The translations under genes were made by a program, and so were the position numbers. A stretch of DNA of 50,631 nucleotides from Clostridiaceae bacterium (GTDB lineage: Bacteria > Bacillota > Clostridia > Oscillospirales > Acutalibacteraceae). Under the pieces are notes generated by a model that had not been told where the DNA came from, searched no databases, and saw only the letters and a program-made list of their open reading frames with translations. Shown in pieces: positions 39,367-50,631 of the stretch (its first letter is position 1; every line of letters starts with the position of its first letter). The stretch spans positions 1 through 50,631 of the forward strand of contig CAJGCQ010000001.1 in NCBI GenBank assembly GCA_904501875.1, written 5' to 3'.

Positions 39367-40209
39367 TTAGGCTTTGAATTTTCCGGCAATTTCATTAGCG
39401 GCGCTTTCAAGGTAATCGCAGGTAAAGCGCTCAAACTCGCCGTTGTCCACCATTGCGGAGAGAGACGGGTCAATCGGCATTTTACCGAGAAGCGGAACGC
39501 CAATTTCCTCCGCTACGCTCTCACTGCCCGATCCGAAAAGCTGAATTTTCTTTCCGCAATCAGGGCAAAGCACATAGCTCATATTCTCGATTATTCCGAA
39601 TACGGGAATATTCATCATTTTCGCCATATTGTAGGCTTTTTTAACGATAAGCGAAACCAAATCCTGAGGAGAGGTTACAATTACCACGCCGTCAAGGGGA
39701 ATTGTTTGGAAAACGGTGAGCGGTACATCGCCTGTTCCTGGCGGGCAATCGATAAGAAGATAATCAAGGTCCCCCCAAACAACATCTGTCCAAAACTGCT
39801 TAACTGCGCCCGCAATAACCGGTCCTCGCCAAAGCACGGGGGAATCCTTTTCTTCCAGCATCATATTAATAGAAATAATTTTAATACCTGTCTTAGTCTC
39901 GGCAGGAAGTATGCCTATTTCATTCTGCAAAGCCCGAGAATTAACCCCAAAGGTTTTGGGGATTGACGGGCCTGTAATATCCGCATCAAGAATACCTACG
40001 CTGTAGCCCATTCTTCTGAGCAGTACCGCAAGCATTGAGGTGGTCATAGACTTGCCTACGCCGCCCTTCCCGCTTACAACGCCGATTATATGCTTAATGT
40101 TATTGTATTCGCCTGTAGGCTCAATAAGGCTCTGGGGCTCACGGGAGGAACAGCTCTCCCCGCAGGAGGAGCAGTCGCCCGTACAGCCGCCGTTTTTGTT
40201 CTCTGACAT
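39367..40209 (-). CDS. Mrp/NBP35/ApbC-family Fe-S cluster carrier ATPase
   Basis: 280 aa with a Cys-rich N-terminus (CTGDCSSCGESC), deviant Walker A GKGGVGKS, and the CPDCG motif. Confidence 0.9.
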   Translation of the reverse strand: MSENKNGGCTGDCSSCGESCSSREPQSLIEPTGEYNNIKHIIGVVSGKGGVGKSMTTSMLAVLLRRMGYSVGILDADITGPSIPKTFGVNSRALQNEIGILPAETKTGIKIISINMMLEEKDSPVLWRGPVIAGAVKQFWTDVVWGDLDYLLIDCPPGTGDVPLTVFQTIPLDGVVIVTSPQDLVSLIVKKAYNMAKMMNIPVFGIIENMSYVLCPDCGKKIQLFGSGSESVAEEIGVPLLGKMPIDPSLSAMVDNGEFERFTCDYLESAANEIAGKFKA

Positions 40210-40239
40210 ATTAAAGGTCTCCTTTTGACATTTTTTTAA

Positions 40240-40272
40240 AAATAAGGCCCCCTTGCTTAAAGGGGGCTTTTA
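40240..40272. terminator. Terminator after rpoC
   Basis: GCCCCCTT / AAGGGGGC stem (40247-40267), flanked by A/T runs on both sides. Confidence 0.65.
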
Positions 40273-40277
40273 TTTAA

Positions 40278-43200
40278 TTATTCGGCAGCTACTGTTTCGG
40301 CTGCTTCCTCGGTTTCTGCTACGAACAAACCATCCTCTTCATTGAAGTCGGATTTTTCCTGCTCGTCATAAGCGGCGGGGTTGATTTCCTCGCAACGCAT
40401 ACCTGTTCCCGCAGGAACAAGCTTACCGATGATAACATTTTCCTTAAGACCGAACAGCGGGTCAACCTTGCCCTTAATAGCGGCCTCGGTGAGAACCCTT
40501 GTGGTCTCCTGGAAGGATGCGGCGGACAGGAAGGATTCCGTCGCCAAGGAAGCCTTGGTAATACCGAGCAGGGTGGCACGGTAGGTAGCCTTGGTAAGCC
40601 CCTCTTCGCCTGCATCGATTCTTTCCTGAACCTTTGCGTTTGCATCGGCTATTTCCTTATATTCATAGCTTACATTCTGTAACAGGTCTGTAGAGCCGGC
40701 ATCTATAACACGGAGCTTTCTCATCATCTGACGGACGATAACCTCAATGTGCTTATCGTTAATGTCAACACCCTGTGTACGGTAGGCGTTCTGAATCTCG
40801 GCGATGATATATTCTTCAACCGCCTCGGGTCCCTGAGCCTCCAAGATATCCTGGGGATACTTAGCGCCCGGAATCAGCATATCGCCTGCCTTAACCTCGT
40901 CGCCGTCCTTTACAAGACAACGCACGCCGTAAGGAATGGTAACCTTTTCTTCGGTTTTAAGCTCGTCATTAGTGATAACAACGACATTGCTCTTCTTTTC
41001 CTCGACTATGCGCACTCTGCCGTCAATCTTGGCGATAAGGGCGCATCTCTTAGGTCTTCTTGCCTCAAACAGCTCTTCAACACGGGGAAGACCCTGTGTG
41101 ATATCCTCGGTGCTGGCGATACCGCCGGTATGGAAGGTACGCATTGTAAGCTGTGTACCCGGCTCACCAATTGACTGTGCGGCGACAATGCCCACAGCCT
41201 CGCCCGTGGTAACAGGCTTGCTTGTAGCAAGGTTTCTGCCGTAGCACTTCTTACATACGCCGTGGTGGCTGTGGCAGGTAAGAACCGAGCGAATCTCAAT
41301 TCTGGTGATGCCCGCATCAACGATTTTCTTAGCTCCCTCGCCCGTAACCATATCCTCATGAGACCAGATAATCTCCCCTGTTTCGGGGTGAACTGCGTCG
41401 TGGAGCAGATATCTGCCCTCTAAGCGTTCCTCAAGGGGCTCTAAGATATGGTTGCCGTCCTTAATATCGAATATGGTTAGACCTTCCTCGGTACCGCAAT
41501 CGTCCTCACGAACAATAACATCCTGCGCAACATCAACGAGACGGCGGGTAAGATAACCCGAGTCGGCAGTACGAAGCGCAGTATCGGCAAGACCCTTACG
41601 GGCACCGCGGGAGGAGATAAAGTACTCGAGTACATTAAGACCCTCACGGTAATTGGCACGGATGGGAACCTCAATTACCTTACCTGCGGTATTTGCGATA
41701 AGTCCGCGCATACCTGCAAGCTGTCTGATCTGGCTCATAGAACCACGGGCGCCCGAGTCAGCCATCATAAAGATAGGATTGAACTCGTCAAGGTTGCCCC
41801 TAAGAGCGTCCGCAACATCCTCGGTAGCCTTGTTCCATATTTCAATAATATGGCGGCTACGCTCCTCGTTGCTTATAAGACCCCTTCTGTAATCACGGGT
41901 TACAAGGTCAATCTGATTTTCAGCGGCGGCAAGAATTTCCTTCTTGGCGGGCGGAATTACAGCATCTATAACCGCAACGGTTATAGCACCCTTTGTGGAG
42001 TACTTAAAGCCTGTAGCCTTAACATTATCAAGCACTATAGAGGCTTCGCTTGTGCCGTGGATTGTGATACAACGGTCGATAATCTTACCCAGCTGTTTTT
42101 TGCCAACCTTATTCTGAATAATATCGTCATTGCTTTCGATATGGTTTGCTTCAGGGTTCTTAACCGCAAAGGTCCACTCAAGGTCAAACCTATGTGCGGG
42201 GTCGTTTCTGTCAACAAAGCCTAAATCCTGCGGAATAGACTCGTTGAAGATTATAAAGCCCACAGTTGTCCAAACAAGACCGCTTTCGCCCTCGGCATTA
42301 GTCATACGCACCCTTATAGGAGCATGCAGACCGATAAGATTATCGCTGTATGCCATAATAGCCTCGTTCTTATCACGGAAGACCTTATTAGTACCCTTTT
42401 CTTCCGACTTAACAAGAGTGAGGTAGTAAGAGCCGAGTACCATATCCTGTGTAGGAACGGTAACGGGCTTACCGTCAGAGGGCTTTAGAAGATTGTTGGC
42501 GGCAAGCATAAGGAAGCGAGCCTCTGCCTGAGCCTCTGCCGACAAGGGAACATGGACCGCCATCTGGTCGCCATCGAAGTCGGCGTTGTATGCGGTACAT
42601 ACAAGGGGATGAAGCTTTAACGCCCTACCCTCAACAAGTACAGGCTCGAATGCCTGAATACCCAGTCTGTGAAGTGTAGGTGCACGGTTAAGGAGCACAG
42701 GATGCTCTTTGATTACCATTTCGAGTGCATCCCAAACCTCGTTTGAGGCACGCTCTACCATCTTCCTTGCAGTCTTAATATTAGTGACCGCCTTTGTTTC
42801 CACAAGGCGCTTCATAACGAAGGGCTTGAAAAGCTCAAGCGCCATTTCCTTAGGAAGACCACACTGGTACATCTTAAGCTCAGGCCCTACTACGATAACC
42901 GAACGGCCCGAATAGTCAACACGCTTACCGAGCAGGTTCTGACGGAAACGGCCCTGCTTACCCTTAAGCATATCCGAAAGGGACTTAAGCGGACGGTTAT
43001 TAGGCCCTGTTACGGGCTTGCCACGTCTACCGTTGTCAATAAGGGCGTCTACCGCCTCTTGAAGCATACGCTTCTCGTTGCGAACGATTATATCGGGAGC
43101 CTTAAGCTCTAAGAGTCTCTTAAGACGGTTATTACGGTTAATAACCCGTCTGTAAAGGTCGTTTAAGTCGCTTGTGGCGAAGCGTCCGCCGTCAAGCTGT

Positions 43201-43922
43201 ACCATTGGGCGCAAATCGGGGGGAATTACGGGAATAACATCAAGAATCATCCACTCGGGACGGTTGCCTGACTGCCTGAATGCCTCTAACACCTCAAGGC
43301 GCTTTAAAAGGCGTACGCTCTTTTGACCTGTAGCGTTTTCAAGCTCGTTTCTTAATTCCTCGCAGGTTTTATCAAGGTCGATTTCGCAAAGGAGCTTTTT
43401 AATAGCCTCTGCGCCCATTCCTGCTTCAAAATCGTCCTCATATTTTTCACGCATATCACGGTACTGCTTTTCGTTTAAAAGCTGTTTCTTCTCAAGAGGG
43501 GTAGTACCGGGGTCGGTAACAATATACTGCGAGAAATAAAGTACCTGCTCAAGCGCTTTTGGGGTTATATCAAGCACCAAGCCCATACGGGAGGGAATGG
43601 TTTTGAAATACCAAATGTGGGAAACGGGAGCGGCGAGCTCAATAGAGCCCATACGCTCTCTACGCACCTTCGCACGGGTAACCTCAACACCGCAGCGCTC
43701 GCAAACCTTGCCCTTATAACGAATGCGCTTATACTTACCGCAGTGACATTCCCAGTCCTTCTGGGGCCCGAAAATGCGCTCGCAGAAGAGACCGCCCTGC
43801 TCGGGCTTTAAGGTGCGGTAGTTGATTGTCTCGGGCTTGGTAACCTCACCGTGAGACCAGCTTCTTATCTGTTCGGGAGACGCAAGTCCGATTTTTATTG
43901 ATTCAAATTCAATTTCTGCCAT
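40278..43922 (-). CDS. rpoC: DNA-directed RNA polymerase subunit beta'
   Basis: 1214 aa with NADFDGD catalytic motif and zinc-binding CxC...C..C near the N-terminus. Confidence 0.98.
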   Translation of the reverse strand: MAEIEFESIKIGLASPEQIRSWSHGEVTKPETINYRTLKPEQGGLFCERIFGPQKDWECHCGKYKRIRYKGKVCERCGVEVTRAKVRRERMGSIELAAPVSHIWYFKTIPSRMGLVLDITPKALEQVLYFSQYIVTDPGTTPLEKKQLLNEKQYRDMREKYEDDFEAGMGAEAIKKLLCEIDLDKTCEELRNELENATGQKSVRLLKRLEVLEAFRQSGNRPEWMILDVIPVIPPDLRPMVQLDGGRFATSDLNDLYRRVINRNNRLKRLLELKAPDIIVRNEKRMLQEAVDALIDNGRRGKPVTGPNNRPLKSLSDMLKGKQGRFRQNLLGKRVDYSGRSVIVVGPELKMYQCGLPKEMALELFKPFVMKRLVETKAVTNIKTARKMVERASNEVWDALEMVIKEHPVLLNRAPTLHRLGIQAFEPVLVEGRALKLHPLVCTAYNADFDGDQMAVHVPLSAEAQAEARFLMLAANNLLKPSDGKPVTVPTQDMVLGSYYLTLVKSEEKGTNKVFRDKNEAIMAYSDNLIGLHAPIRVRMTNAEGESGLVWTTVGFIIFNESIPQDLGFVDRNDPAHRFDLEWTFAVKNPEANHIESNDDIIQNKVGKKQLGKIIDRCITIHGTSEASIVLDNVKATGFKYSTKGAITVAVIDAVIPPAKKEILAAAENQIDLVTRDYRRGLISNEERSRHIIEIWNKATEDVADALRGNLDEFNPIFMMADSGARGSMSQIRQLAGMRGLIANTAGKVIEVPIRANYREGLNVLEYFISSRGARKGLADTALRTADSGYLTRRLVDVAQDVIVREDDCGTEEGLTIFDIKDGNHILEPLEERLEGRYLLHDAVHPETGEIIWSHEDMVTGEGAKKIVDAGITRIEIRSVLTCHSHHGVCKKCYGRNLATSKPVTTGEAVGIVAAQSIGEPGTQLTMRTFHTGGIASTEDITQGLPRVEELFEARRPKRCALIAKIDGRVRIVEEKKSNVVVITNDELKTEEKVTIPYGVRCLVKDGDEVKAGDMLIPGAKYPQDILEAQGPEAVEEYIIAEIQNAYRTQGVDINDKHIEVIVRQMMRKLRVIDAGSTDLLQNVSYEYKEIADANAKVQERIDAGEEGLTKATYRATLLGITKASLATESFLSAASFQETTRVLTEAAIKGKVDPLFGLKENVIIGKLVPAGTGMRCEEINPAAYDEQEKSDFNEEDGLFVAETEEAAETVAAE

Positions 43923-43934
43923 ATTTGCCCTCCG

Positions 43935-46900
43935 TTACATTTCGTCATCAAATTCATCATCGTCGGATGCGAATTCGTCAATATCATCGGCAATCGCATC
44001 GCCGTTTTCGTCCTCAAGACCGAAGCCTGTCAAATCGTCGGCAACGGTGTTATTTTCAAAATCGGTATCCTCTTCCTCAGAAATAACCGGTGAGCCGAGG
44101 CCGATATCTTCGTCATCGTCAAAGCTCTGCTTTAAATCGATTTCGTTCTCAGCCTTATCAAGCACCTTAACATCAAGGCCCAAGGACTGAAGCTCCTTAA
44201 TAAGAACCTTGAAGGACTCGGGTACGCCCGGCTTCGGAATGTTCTGACCCTTAACGATTGACTCGTAGGTCTTTACTCTGCCCACAACATCGTCCGACTT
44301 AACGGTAAGAATTTCCTGAAGAGTATAGGCCGCACCGTAAGCTTCAAGCGCCCAAACTTCCATTTCTCCGAAACGCTGACCGCCGAACTGTGCCTTACCG
44401 CCCAGCGGCTGCTGGGTAACAAGGGAGTACGGGCCTGTGGAACGGGCGTGAATCTTATCATCAACAAGGTGATGGAGCTTGAGATAATACATATATCCAA
44501 CGGTTACGGGGTTGTCAAAGGGCTCACCCGTGCGTCCGTCAAACAGCTGTGTTTTAGCGTCGGCATTAAGGGGAATGCGGGAAAAATCAAGCCCCGCGGT
44601 ATCCTTATCCTTATAGTCATCCGACTTTGTAAATTCCTCCGCCAAGCAGAAACACTGTCTGATATCGTCCTCATGAGCACCGTCAAATACAGGGGTGCAG
44701 ATATTCCAGCCCAGCGCTCTTGCGGCATAGCCTAAGTGAACCTCAAGCACCTGACCGATATTCATACGGGACGGAACGCCCAAGGGGTTAAGAACTATAT
44801 CAAGGGGTGTGCCGTCGGGCAGGAAGGGCATATCTTCACTTGGTAGTATGCGGGAAACAACGCCCTTATTACCATGGCGACCCGCCATCTTATCGCCCAC
44901 AGAAATCTTGCGCTTCTGTGCGATGTAGCAACGAACAACAACATTTACACCGGGGCTTAATTCAGAGGAATTTTCCCTTGTGAATACCTTAACATCAACT
45001 ATTGTGCCGTATTCGCCGTGGGGAACACGCAGAGAAGTATCTCTGACCTCCCGTGCCTTTTCACCGAAGATTGCACGGAGCAGTCTTTCCTCGGCGGTAA
45101 GCTCGGTCTCACCCTTAGGTGTAACCTTGCCTACAAGTATATCGCCTGCGGTAACCTCGGCGCCTATGCGGATAATTCCACGCTCGTCAAGGTCCTTAAG
45201 TGCGTCCTCGCCCACATTGGGAATATCTCTTGTAATTTCCTCGGGTCCGAGTTTGGTATCTCTCGCCTCAAGCTCATATTCCTCAATATGAATAGAGGTG
45301 TAAACATCGTCACGGACAAGACGCTCGTTAATAAGAACGGCGTCCTCATAGTTGTAGCCCTCCCAGGTCATAAAGCCGATAAGGGCGTTTCTGCCAAGGG
45401 AAATCTCGCCGCCGTTTGTAGCGGGGCCGTCGGCTATAACCTCATGCTCTTCAACCTGCTGACCCACAGCTACCACGGAGCGCTGGTTAATACAGGTGCC
45501 GTGGTTTGAGCGCAGGAACTTAATAAGCTTGTATTCGTCAATCTCGCCGTTCTTAGCACGAATCTTAATATAATCGGCACTGACATAGGTGACCTCGCCC
45601 GCACGCTTTGCAAGCACAACAACGCCCGAGTCTACCGCCGCCTTGTATTCCATACCTGTTGCAACAATCGGGTTTTCAGGTCGGAGAAGCGGAACAGCCT
45701 GCTTCTGCATGTTAGAGCCCATCAGCGCACGGTTGGTATCATCATTCTCAAGGAAGGGAATCATTGCAGTTGCAACCGAAACCACCATCTTGGGCGAAAC
45801 ATCCATATAGTCGGCACGGGATGCCTCAACCTCATGGAAGCCGTCAAGATAACGGGAGTTTACCTTTTTGTTGATAAAGCAACCGTTCTCGTCCAGCGGC
45901 TCGTTAGCCTGAGCTACAACATACTCGTCCTCTTCGTCTGCGGTCATATACTGAACCTCGTCAAGCACCCTGCCTGTTGCCTTATCAACCTTGCGGAAGG
46001 GGGTCTCAATAAAGCCGTATTTGTTAATCTTAGCAAAGGTTGCAAGATAGGAAATAAGACCGATGTTGGGTCCTTCAGGAGTCTCGATAGGACACATTCT
46101 GCCATAATGGGTGTAGTGAACGTCACGAACCTCGAAGGACGCGCGGTCACGGGAAAGTCCGCCGGGACCCAACGCCGAAAGACGGCGCTTGTGGGTAAGC
46201 TCAGAGAGGGGGTTTGTCTGGTCCATAAACTGGGACAGCGGAGAAGAACCAAAGAACTCCTTAATCGCCGCCACAACAGGACGGATATTTATCAGAGACT
46301 GGGGAGTAATACTATCAGGATCCTGAGCCTGAAGGGTCATTTTCTCCCGTACTACCCTCTCCATACGGGAAATACCTATACGGAACTGGTTCTGCAAAAG
46401 CTCCCCTACCGAACGGATACGACGATTGCCTAAATGGTCGATATCGTCGGTACTTCCCACATTATGGGGAAGACCTACAAAATAGCTGACAGAAGCAAAA
46501 ATATCATCAAGTGTGATATGCTTCGGAATAAGGTCGTCTGCGTGTTCAATTATAGCCTCACGAAGCTCCTCTTTGCTGTTAGCCGTTTCGAGCAGCTCCT
46601 TCAAAGCGGTAAAGGAAACCTTCTCATTAATGCCTAAGGAGTCAAGCTCCTCTAATTCCTCTGCGGTGAAATCGGTGAAATCCGAAAGATTTACCATACC
46701 GTTTGAGAGAACCTTAACCTCAGAAACATTACCCTCGTTATCCATTACATTAATGTATGCCGAGAGTGCTCCCTTTCTCTCAATTTCCTCTGCCAGCTCA
46801 CGGCTTACAGTGGTATCGGCATCCGCCAGAATCTCGCCGGTCATAGGGTCGATTACAGGGCGTGACAGCACAGCGCCTCTGATACGGGCGCCAATGGCTA

Positions 46901-47735
46901 ATTTTTTATTGTATTTATAGCGGCCGACCCTTGAAATATCATAACGGTGGGCATCAAAGAAAAGCTGTTCAAGATAGCTTTTAGCACCTTCGATAGTTAC
47001 AGGCTCGCTGGGACGGAGCTTCTTGTAAACCTCAACAAGTGCATCCTCAACAGTCTTTGTATCGTCCGCCTCTAAGGTTGCCGAAAGCCTTTCGTCCTCG
47101 CCGAAAAGCTCCCTTATCTGCTCGTTGGAGCCAAGACCTAAGGCACGGACAAAGGTAGTAATGGGTAGCTTGCGATTTTTGTCTATACGGACATAAAGCA
47201 CATCATTAGCCGAGGTTTCATACTCAAGCCAAGCGCCTCGGTTAGGAATAATTGTTGAAGAAAAAAGCCTTTTACCGGTTTTTTCATCGGTTTTCTCTGC
47301 ATAATAAGCACCGGGGGAACGGACAAGCTGAGAGACAACGGCACGCTCTGCACCGTTAATTACGAAGGTTCCCGCCTCTGTCATAAGCGGGAAATCTCCC
47401 ATCGAGACCTCGCTCTCCTTAATCTCATCCCTCTCAACATTAATGAGACGAGCAGTCACTCTAAGTGGGGCGGCGTAAGTCGTATCCCGTGCCTTACACT
47501 CGGTGACATCGTATTTCGGTGTGTCGTCAAGATGATAATCAACAAAGCTCAGGCGAAGATTACCGCTGTAATCGGTAATGTCTGACATATCCCTGAAAAC
47601 TTCCTTGAGACCCTCCTCGACAAACCATTTGTACGAATCCTTCTGAATCTCAATAAGATTAGGCATATCGATGACTTCATTAATTTTCGAGAAGGTCATT
47701 CGAGTGTTTTTACCCAACTTGACAGGTTTAACCAT
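43935..47735 (-). CDS. rpoB: DNA-directed RNA polymerase subunit beta
   Basis: The track ORF starts at 47750 (MESTSM...). Met6 ([17 protein letters not shown]...) matches typical RpoB N-termini and has GGAG 9 nt upstream. Acidic C-terminal tail. Confidence 0.96.
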   Translation of the reverse strand: MVKPVKLGKNTRMTFSKINEVIDMPNLIEIQKDSYKWFVEEGLKEVFRDMSDITDYSGNLRLSFVDYHLDDTPKYDVTECKARDTTYAAPLRVTARLINVERDEIKESEVSMGDFPLMTEAGTFVINGAERAVVSQLVRSPGAYYAEKTDEKTGKRLFSSTIIPNRGAWLEYETSANDVLYVRIDKNRKLPITTFVRALGLGSNEQIRELFGEDERLSATLEADDTKTVEDALVEVYKKLRPSEPVTIEGAKSYLEQLFFDAHRYDISRVGRYKYNKKLAIGARIRGAVLSRPVIDPMTGEILADADTTVSRELAEEIERKGALSAYINVMDNEGNVSEVKVLSNGMVNLSDFTDFTAEELEELDSLGINEKVSFTALKELLETANSKEELREAIIEHADDLIPKHITLDDIFASVSYFVGLPHNVGSTDDIDHLGNRRIRSVGELLQNQFRIGISRMERVVREKMTLQAQDPDSITPQSLINIRPVVAAIKEFFGSSPLSQFMDQTNPLSELTHKRRLSALGPGGLSRDRASFEVRDVHYTHYGRMCPIETPEGPNIGLISYLATFAKINKYGFIETPFRKVDKATGRVLDEVQYMTADEEDEYVVAQANEPLDENGCFINKKVNSRYLDGFHEVEASRADYMDVSPKMVVSVATAMIPFLENDDTNRALMGSNMQKQAVPLLRPENPIVATGMEYKAAVDSGVVVLAKRAGEVTYVSADYIKIRAKNGEIDEYKLIKFLRSNHGTCINQRSVVAVGQQVEEHEVIADGPATNGGEISLGRNALIGFMTWEGYNYEDAVLINERLVRDDVYTSIHIEEYELEARDTKLGPEEITRDIPNVGEDALKDLDERGIIRIGAEVTAGDILVGKVTPKGETELTAEERLLRAIFGEKAREVRDTSLRVPHGEYGTIVDVKVFTRENSSELSPGVNVVVRCYIAQKRKISVGDKMAGRHGNKGVVSRILPSEDMPFLPDGTPLDIVLNPLGVPSRMNIGQVLEVHLGYAARALGWNICTPVFDGAHEDDIRQCFCLAEEFTKSDDYKDKDTAGLDFSRIPLNADAKTQLFDGRTGEPFDNPVTVGYMYYLKLHHLVDDKIHARSTGPYSLVTQQPLGGKAQFGGQRFGEMEVWALEAYGAAYTLQEILTVKSDDVVGRVKTYESIVKGQNIPKPGVPESFKVLIKELQSLGLDVKVLDKAENEIDLKQSFDDDEDIGLGSPVISEEEDTDFENNTVADDLTGFGLEDENGDAIADDIDEFASDDDEFDDEM

Positions 47736-47894
47736 TGAAGTTGACTCCATAGGTTTGCAATCACTCCTCCAAATATTTTACGGCAGCGCCGCAATAGCAT
47801 AAACAGTCAGGGTAAAGGGCGGCTGTAATAAAAGGAAAAACATATAATAAACTATAATAGGCGCACATTACCCCATCATCATTAGTAATTACTA

Positions 47895-47923
47895 ATTATA
47901 TATCACTTGTCGGTATTAGTCAA
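47895..47923 (-). promoter_or_regulatory. Putative rpoB promoter
   Basis: Minus strand: TTGACT, 17 nt, TATAAT. Confidence 0.5.
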
Positions 47924-47943
47924 GCATTATTTTTAAAAATTTC

Positions 47944-47991
47944 CAAAAAAATGAAGCTGCCGCTTACGGAATGAAAATTCCTGCGACAGCT
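47944..47991 (-). terminator. Intrinsic terminator after rny
   Basis: Minus strand: AGCUGUCGC-A-GGAAU-UUUC-AUUCC-GUAA-GCGGCAGCU, then UCAUUUUUUU. Confidence 0.7.
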
Positions 47992-48008
47992 CCGATATAT
48001 ACTTGTTA

Positions 48009-49562
48009 CTATTTTGCGTAATCTACTACTCGGCTTTCCCTGATTACATTTACCTTGATTTGTCCCGGATATTCAAGCTCATTTTCAATTCGGGACGAAA
48101 TATCGTGAGCCATAAGCACCATCTGGTCGTCCGAAACCGCCTCAGGTTTTACGATTATACGTATCTCACGGCCCGCCTGAATAGCATAAGAGCCTTCAAC
48201 ACCGCCGAATGAATTTGCGATTTCCTCAAGCTTTTCGAGTCGCTTTATGTAGTTCTCGATATTCTCTCTTCTTGCTCCTGGTCTTGCGGCAGAAATCGCA
48301 TCCGCCGCCTGAACTATGCAGGCGATAACGGTCTTGGCCTCAACCTCGCCGTGGTGGGCGTGAATTGCGTGAATAACCGTTTCGCTTTCACGGTATTTTT
48401 TCGCCGCCTCAACACCAAGCTGGATGTGTGTGCCCTCCTGCTCATGGTCAAGAGCCTTGCCTATATCGTGAAGCAGTCCCGCACGCTTGGCAAGGGTTAC
48501 ATCCTCGCCCAGCTCCGCCGCCATAAGTCCCGAAAGGTGGCAAACCTCAAGAGAATGGTTAAGAACATTCTGCCCGTAGCTTGTACGGTAGCGCAGTTTA
48601 CCCAGAAGCTTTATAAGCTCGGGATGCAGGTTATGAATGCCCGCCTCTATCATGGCACGCTCACCCTCCTGCTTGATGGTGGCCTCAACCTCGGCAGTGG
48701 CCTTGGCTACGGTTTCCTCAATTCTTGCAGGATGAATGCGTCCGTCAAGTATAAGCTTTTCAAGGGTCACGCGGGCAATCTCACGCCTTATGGGGTCAAA
48801 GCTTGAAAGGGTAATTGCCTCGGGAGTATCGTCTATAATAAGGTCAACACCGGTTGCGGTTTCAAGGGCACGGATATTGCGTCCCTCACGGCCGATGATT
48901 CTTCCCTTCATTTCGTCACTGGGGAGCGCTACTACCGAAACGGTCATTTCGGAAGAATGGTCGGCAGCACAGCGCTGTATTGCATGGCCTATAATATTCT
49001 TGGCAAGACGGTCGGAGTCTTCCTTAATTCTCTGCTCATAGTCAAGTATTTTAACCGCCTTTTCGTGGTTTAATTCACCATCAAGCAGTTCAAGTAAATG
49101 TGCCTTTGCCTGTTCCTTGCTGTAGCCCGAAATCCTTTCAAGCATTTCCAGCTGACTTTGCCTTATTCTGTCGCATTCCTGGAGCTTTTCGTCAATTTCC
49201 TTAGAACGCTCGGCAAGCTTTTCTTCTTTGACCTCAAGATTGTCGATTTTACGGTCGAGAGTTTCCTCCTTTTGCTGTAAGCGGTGTTCCTGCCGCTGTA
49301 CCTCGCTTCTGCGTTCACGGATGTCCTTATCCGCATCCTGTCTGAGTCTAAAAATTTCGTCCTTTGCTTCTACCAAAGCCTCTTTTTTCTTAGCTTCGGC
49401 GGTTTTCATAGCGTCGCTTAAAATGCGCTTTGCCTCTTCCTCGGCAGAGCCTAAAGTAGCCTCCGAGGTTTTGCGGCGGTATGCAGAGCCTGCAAAAAAG
49501 CCGATTACGGCAAGCACAACGGCGACAACAGCTAAAATAATATATATCGCTGTTTCACCCAT
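48009..49562 (-). CDS. rny: Ribonuclease Y
   Basis: 517 aa with an N-terminal TM helix, coiled-coil, KH domain ([15 protein letters not shown]) and HD domain (LLHDIGKA). Confidence 0.96.
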   Translation of the reverse strand: MGETAIYIILAVVAVVLAVIGFFAGSAYRRKTSEATLGSAEEEAKRILSDAMKTAEAKKKEALVEAKDEIFRLRQDADKDIRERRSEVQRQEHRLQQKEETLDRKIDNLEVKEEKLAERSKEIDEKLQECDRIRQSQLEMLERISGYSKEQAKAHLLELLDGELNHEKAVKILDYEQRIKEDSDRLAKNIIGHAIQRCAADHSSEMTVSVVALPSDEMKGRIIGREGRNIRALETATGVDLIIDDTPEAITLSSFDPIRREIARVTLEKLILDGRIHPARIEETVAKATAEVEATIKQEGERAMIEAGIHNLHPELIKLLGKLRYRTSYGQNVLNHSLEVCHLSGLMAAELGEDVTLAKRAGLLHDIGKALDHEQEGTHIQLGVEAAKKYRESETVIHAIHAHHGEVEAKTVIACIVQAADAISAARPGARRENIENYIKRLEKLEEIANSFGGVEGSYAIQAGREIRIIVKPEAVSDDQMVLMAHDISSRIENELEYPGQIKVNVIRESRVVDYAK

Positions 49563-49729
49563 TTTTTATTAACCTCCTATATATAAGCACGGTATTGTAC
49601 TTTACAACAAAGCGGACGGGAGCCGTGCAGTTTCCCCCGCGATATATCCGACCCTTTCTAAGCACCCGAAAGGGAAAAATGCCTGATATACAAAAACCGT
49701 ATAATACAAACAAACGAATCATCTTAATA

Positions 49730-49758
49730 ATATTACCACCGCAGGGGCAATATGTCAA
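49730..49758 (-). promoter_or_regulatory. Putative rny promoter
   Basis: Minus strand: TTGACA, 17 nt, TGgTAATAT (extended -10). Leaves a leader of about 160 nt. Confidence 0.45.
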
Positions 49759-49808
49759 GAAATACATAAAAAGGTTTTAAATTTTAAAATACATTGGATA
49801 TATATTAT

Positions 49809-49846
49809 AAAAACCTTCTGCCCGAAAAATCGGGCAAAAGGTTTTT
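49809..49846. terminator. Bidirectional terminator after the membrane-protein gene
   Basis: ACCTTCTGCCCG / CGGGCAAAAGGT 12-bp stem (one mismatch), flanked by A and T runs. Confidence 0.7.
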
Positions 49847-50364
49847 CAATTCCTCGTTATATATCTTTCCGAGTGCTTAAGCACCGCTATAATCGGGCAG
49901 ATAAGAATTCCGCAGATAAAATTGCTGACCCCGTGAACAAAGTCCCAGGGCAGTCCTGCGGCAATCCAGGCTATGGTGCCCTTAAAATCAAGCCCGAACA
50001 AAAGCGCCTGAGCGGGGGCGTAAAGGGTGCCGAATAAAAAGCCGTGCAATGCGCAGACCGTCATATAAACAATGGGTTTTGCCTTTGTCGGGATATTTTC
50101 AGGCAACAGCATTACCGCTCCCCAAAGGACAGCCCATATGTAAAGATAGGGTATCCACCACATAGCAAGGCCCGAAAAAAAACCGTTTATAAAGACATAT
50201 ACATAAATAGGATACAGCGCTTTTTTCCTGTAAACTACCGTTATCGCCACAATAAACATCCCTAAAAGATGCACGTTAGGGAGTACTTCCATTGCTATTT
50301 TAGTGGAGTACATCAGCGCCCCCAAAAGGGCGAAAACGGCAATTTCCTTAATATTTAGCTTCAA
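49846..50364 (-). CDS. Small polytopic membrane protein, possibly an ECF-transporter S component
   Basis: 172 aa with 5-6 TM helices. Lies immediately downstream of a DUF4430-type gene, a pairing I recall for ECF S components. Assignment is tentative. Confidence 0.5.
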   Translation of the reverse strand: MKLNIKEIAVFALLGALMYSTKIAMEVLPNVHLLGMFIVAITVVYRKKALYPIYVYVFINGFFSGLAMWWIPYLYIWAVLWGAVMLLPENIPTKAKPIVYMTVCALHGFLFGTLYAPAQALLFGLDFKGTIAWIAAGLPWDFVHGVSNFICGILICPIIAVLKHSERYITRN

Positions 50365-50366
50365 GG

Positions 50367-50631
50367 CTATTTTTCCGCCTTAAAGGCATATTCAGCACCA
50401 GCGGTAACCTCTGTGGACTCGACACCCTTAGAAGCATACTGACCGTTCTCGTAAAACGCCCAATACATTCCGTCTTTATCGTAATCGAGGGTGACTCCGT
50501 TTACGGTTTTTACATAGAGTCCGTACTTGCCGTCGTCTCCCGCTATGAGGTTTTCCTCAAGCAGAGCCTCGCCCACCGTCTTTTTATCGGTGCTGATTGT
50601 AAAATCGGTTTCCAAGCCGTCAGCATCGGTC
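50367..50631 (-). CDS. DUF4430-domain protein (transcobalamin beta-domain-like), C-terminal part; 5' end is outside the window
   Basis: The frame stays open to the window edge. Sequence KKTVGEALLEENL...GKYGLYVKTVNG...DGMYWAFYENG matches the DUF4430 pattern. Confidence 0.7.
   Translation of the reverse strand, partial: TDADGLETDFTISTDKKTVGEALLEENLIAGDDGKYGLYVKTVNGVTLDYDKDGMYWAFYENGQYASKGVESTEVTAGAEYAFKAEK

Noticed and set aside
39223-39966. 247-aa plus-strand ORF
   Set aside because: It lies almost entirely antisense to the clearly real Mrp/ApbC gene (GKGGVGKS P-loop). It has a TTG start with the nearest SD 18 nt away, and its sequence is not protein-like.
43938-44159. Acidic C-terminal tail of about 74 aa on RpoB (DDDEDIGL...DDDEFDDEM)
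   Set aside because: Acidic C-terminal extensions of beta are common in Firmicutes, including Bacillus, so this is not unusual by itself.
40278-47750. Numerous 60-200-aa ORFs on both strands inside rpoC and rpoB (e.g. 45834..46433, 45018..45509, 40749..41174)
   Set aside because: All are nested in or antisense to the two long, highly conserved polymerase genes.

Overview
This window looks like ordinary core chromosome from a Firmicutes/Clostridia-type genome; that assignment is inferred from gene content (RNase Y, PyrR attenuator, a KOW gene between map and infA, type-Z S14). Most genes are on the minus strand. The main block is a complete S10-spc-alpha ribosomal protein cluster (rpsJ to rplQ, 22.8-38.4 kb), including secY, adk, map, infA and rpmJ. 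rpmJ is shorter than the 60-aa ORF-track cutoff and was found by hand. Upstream of that block lie tRNA-Ser(GGA), an Mrp/ApbC ATPase, rpoC, rpoB and rny. The left third holds secF (partial), lysS, greA, a GtrA-like protein, trkA/trkH, a Na/Pi-PhoU transporter, glyQS, two small unknown proteins and pyrR-pyrP with a PyrR attenuator. It continues with a G5/3D cell-wall protein, eno, rlmB, a large membrane protein, metG, tatD and prfC. I saw no CRISPR array, transposase, integrase, rRNA or recognisable defence or toxin genes. Nothing here amounts to a convincing novel multi-gene system. The observations most worth a second look are: (1) an 886-aa P1B-type ATPase look-alike with every catalytic motif replaced and a long acidic N-terminus, translationally coupled to rlmB; (2) a hidden 43-aa ORF that is 65% asparagine, built from in-frame 15/15/12-nt repeats, with its Shine-Dalgarno (SD, ribosome-binding) sequence inside a hairpin; (3) a long structured leader upstream of rpsJ and a repeat-rich 173-nt insert between rpsJ and rplC; (4) a structured 3' tail after rplQ; (5) a two-gene cassette of small unknown proteins. 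Several ORF-track N-termini were trimmed to starts that have a ribosome-binding site.
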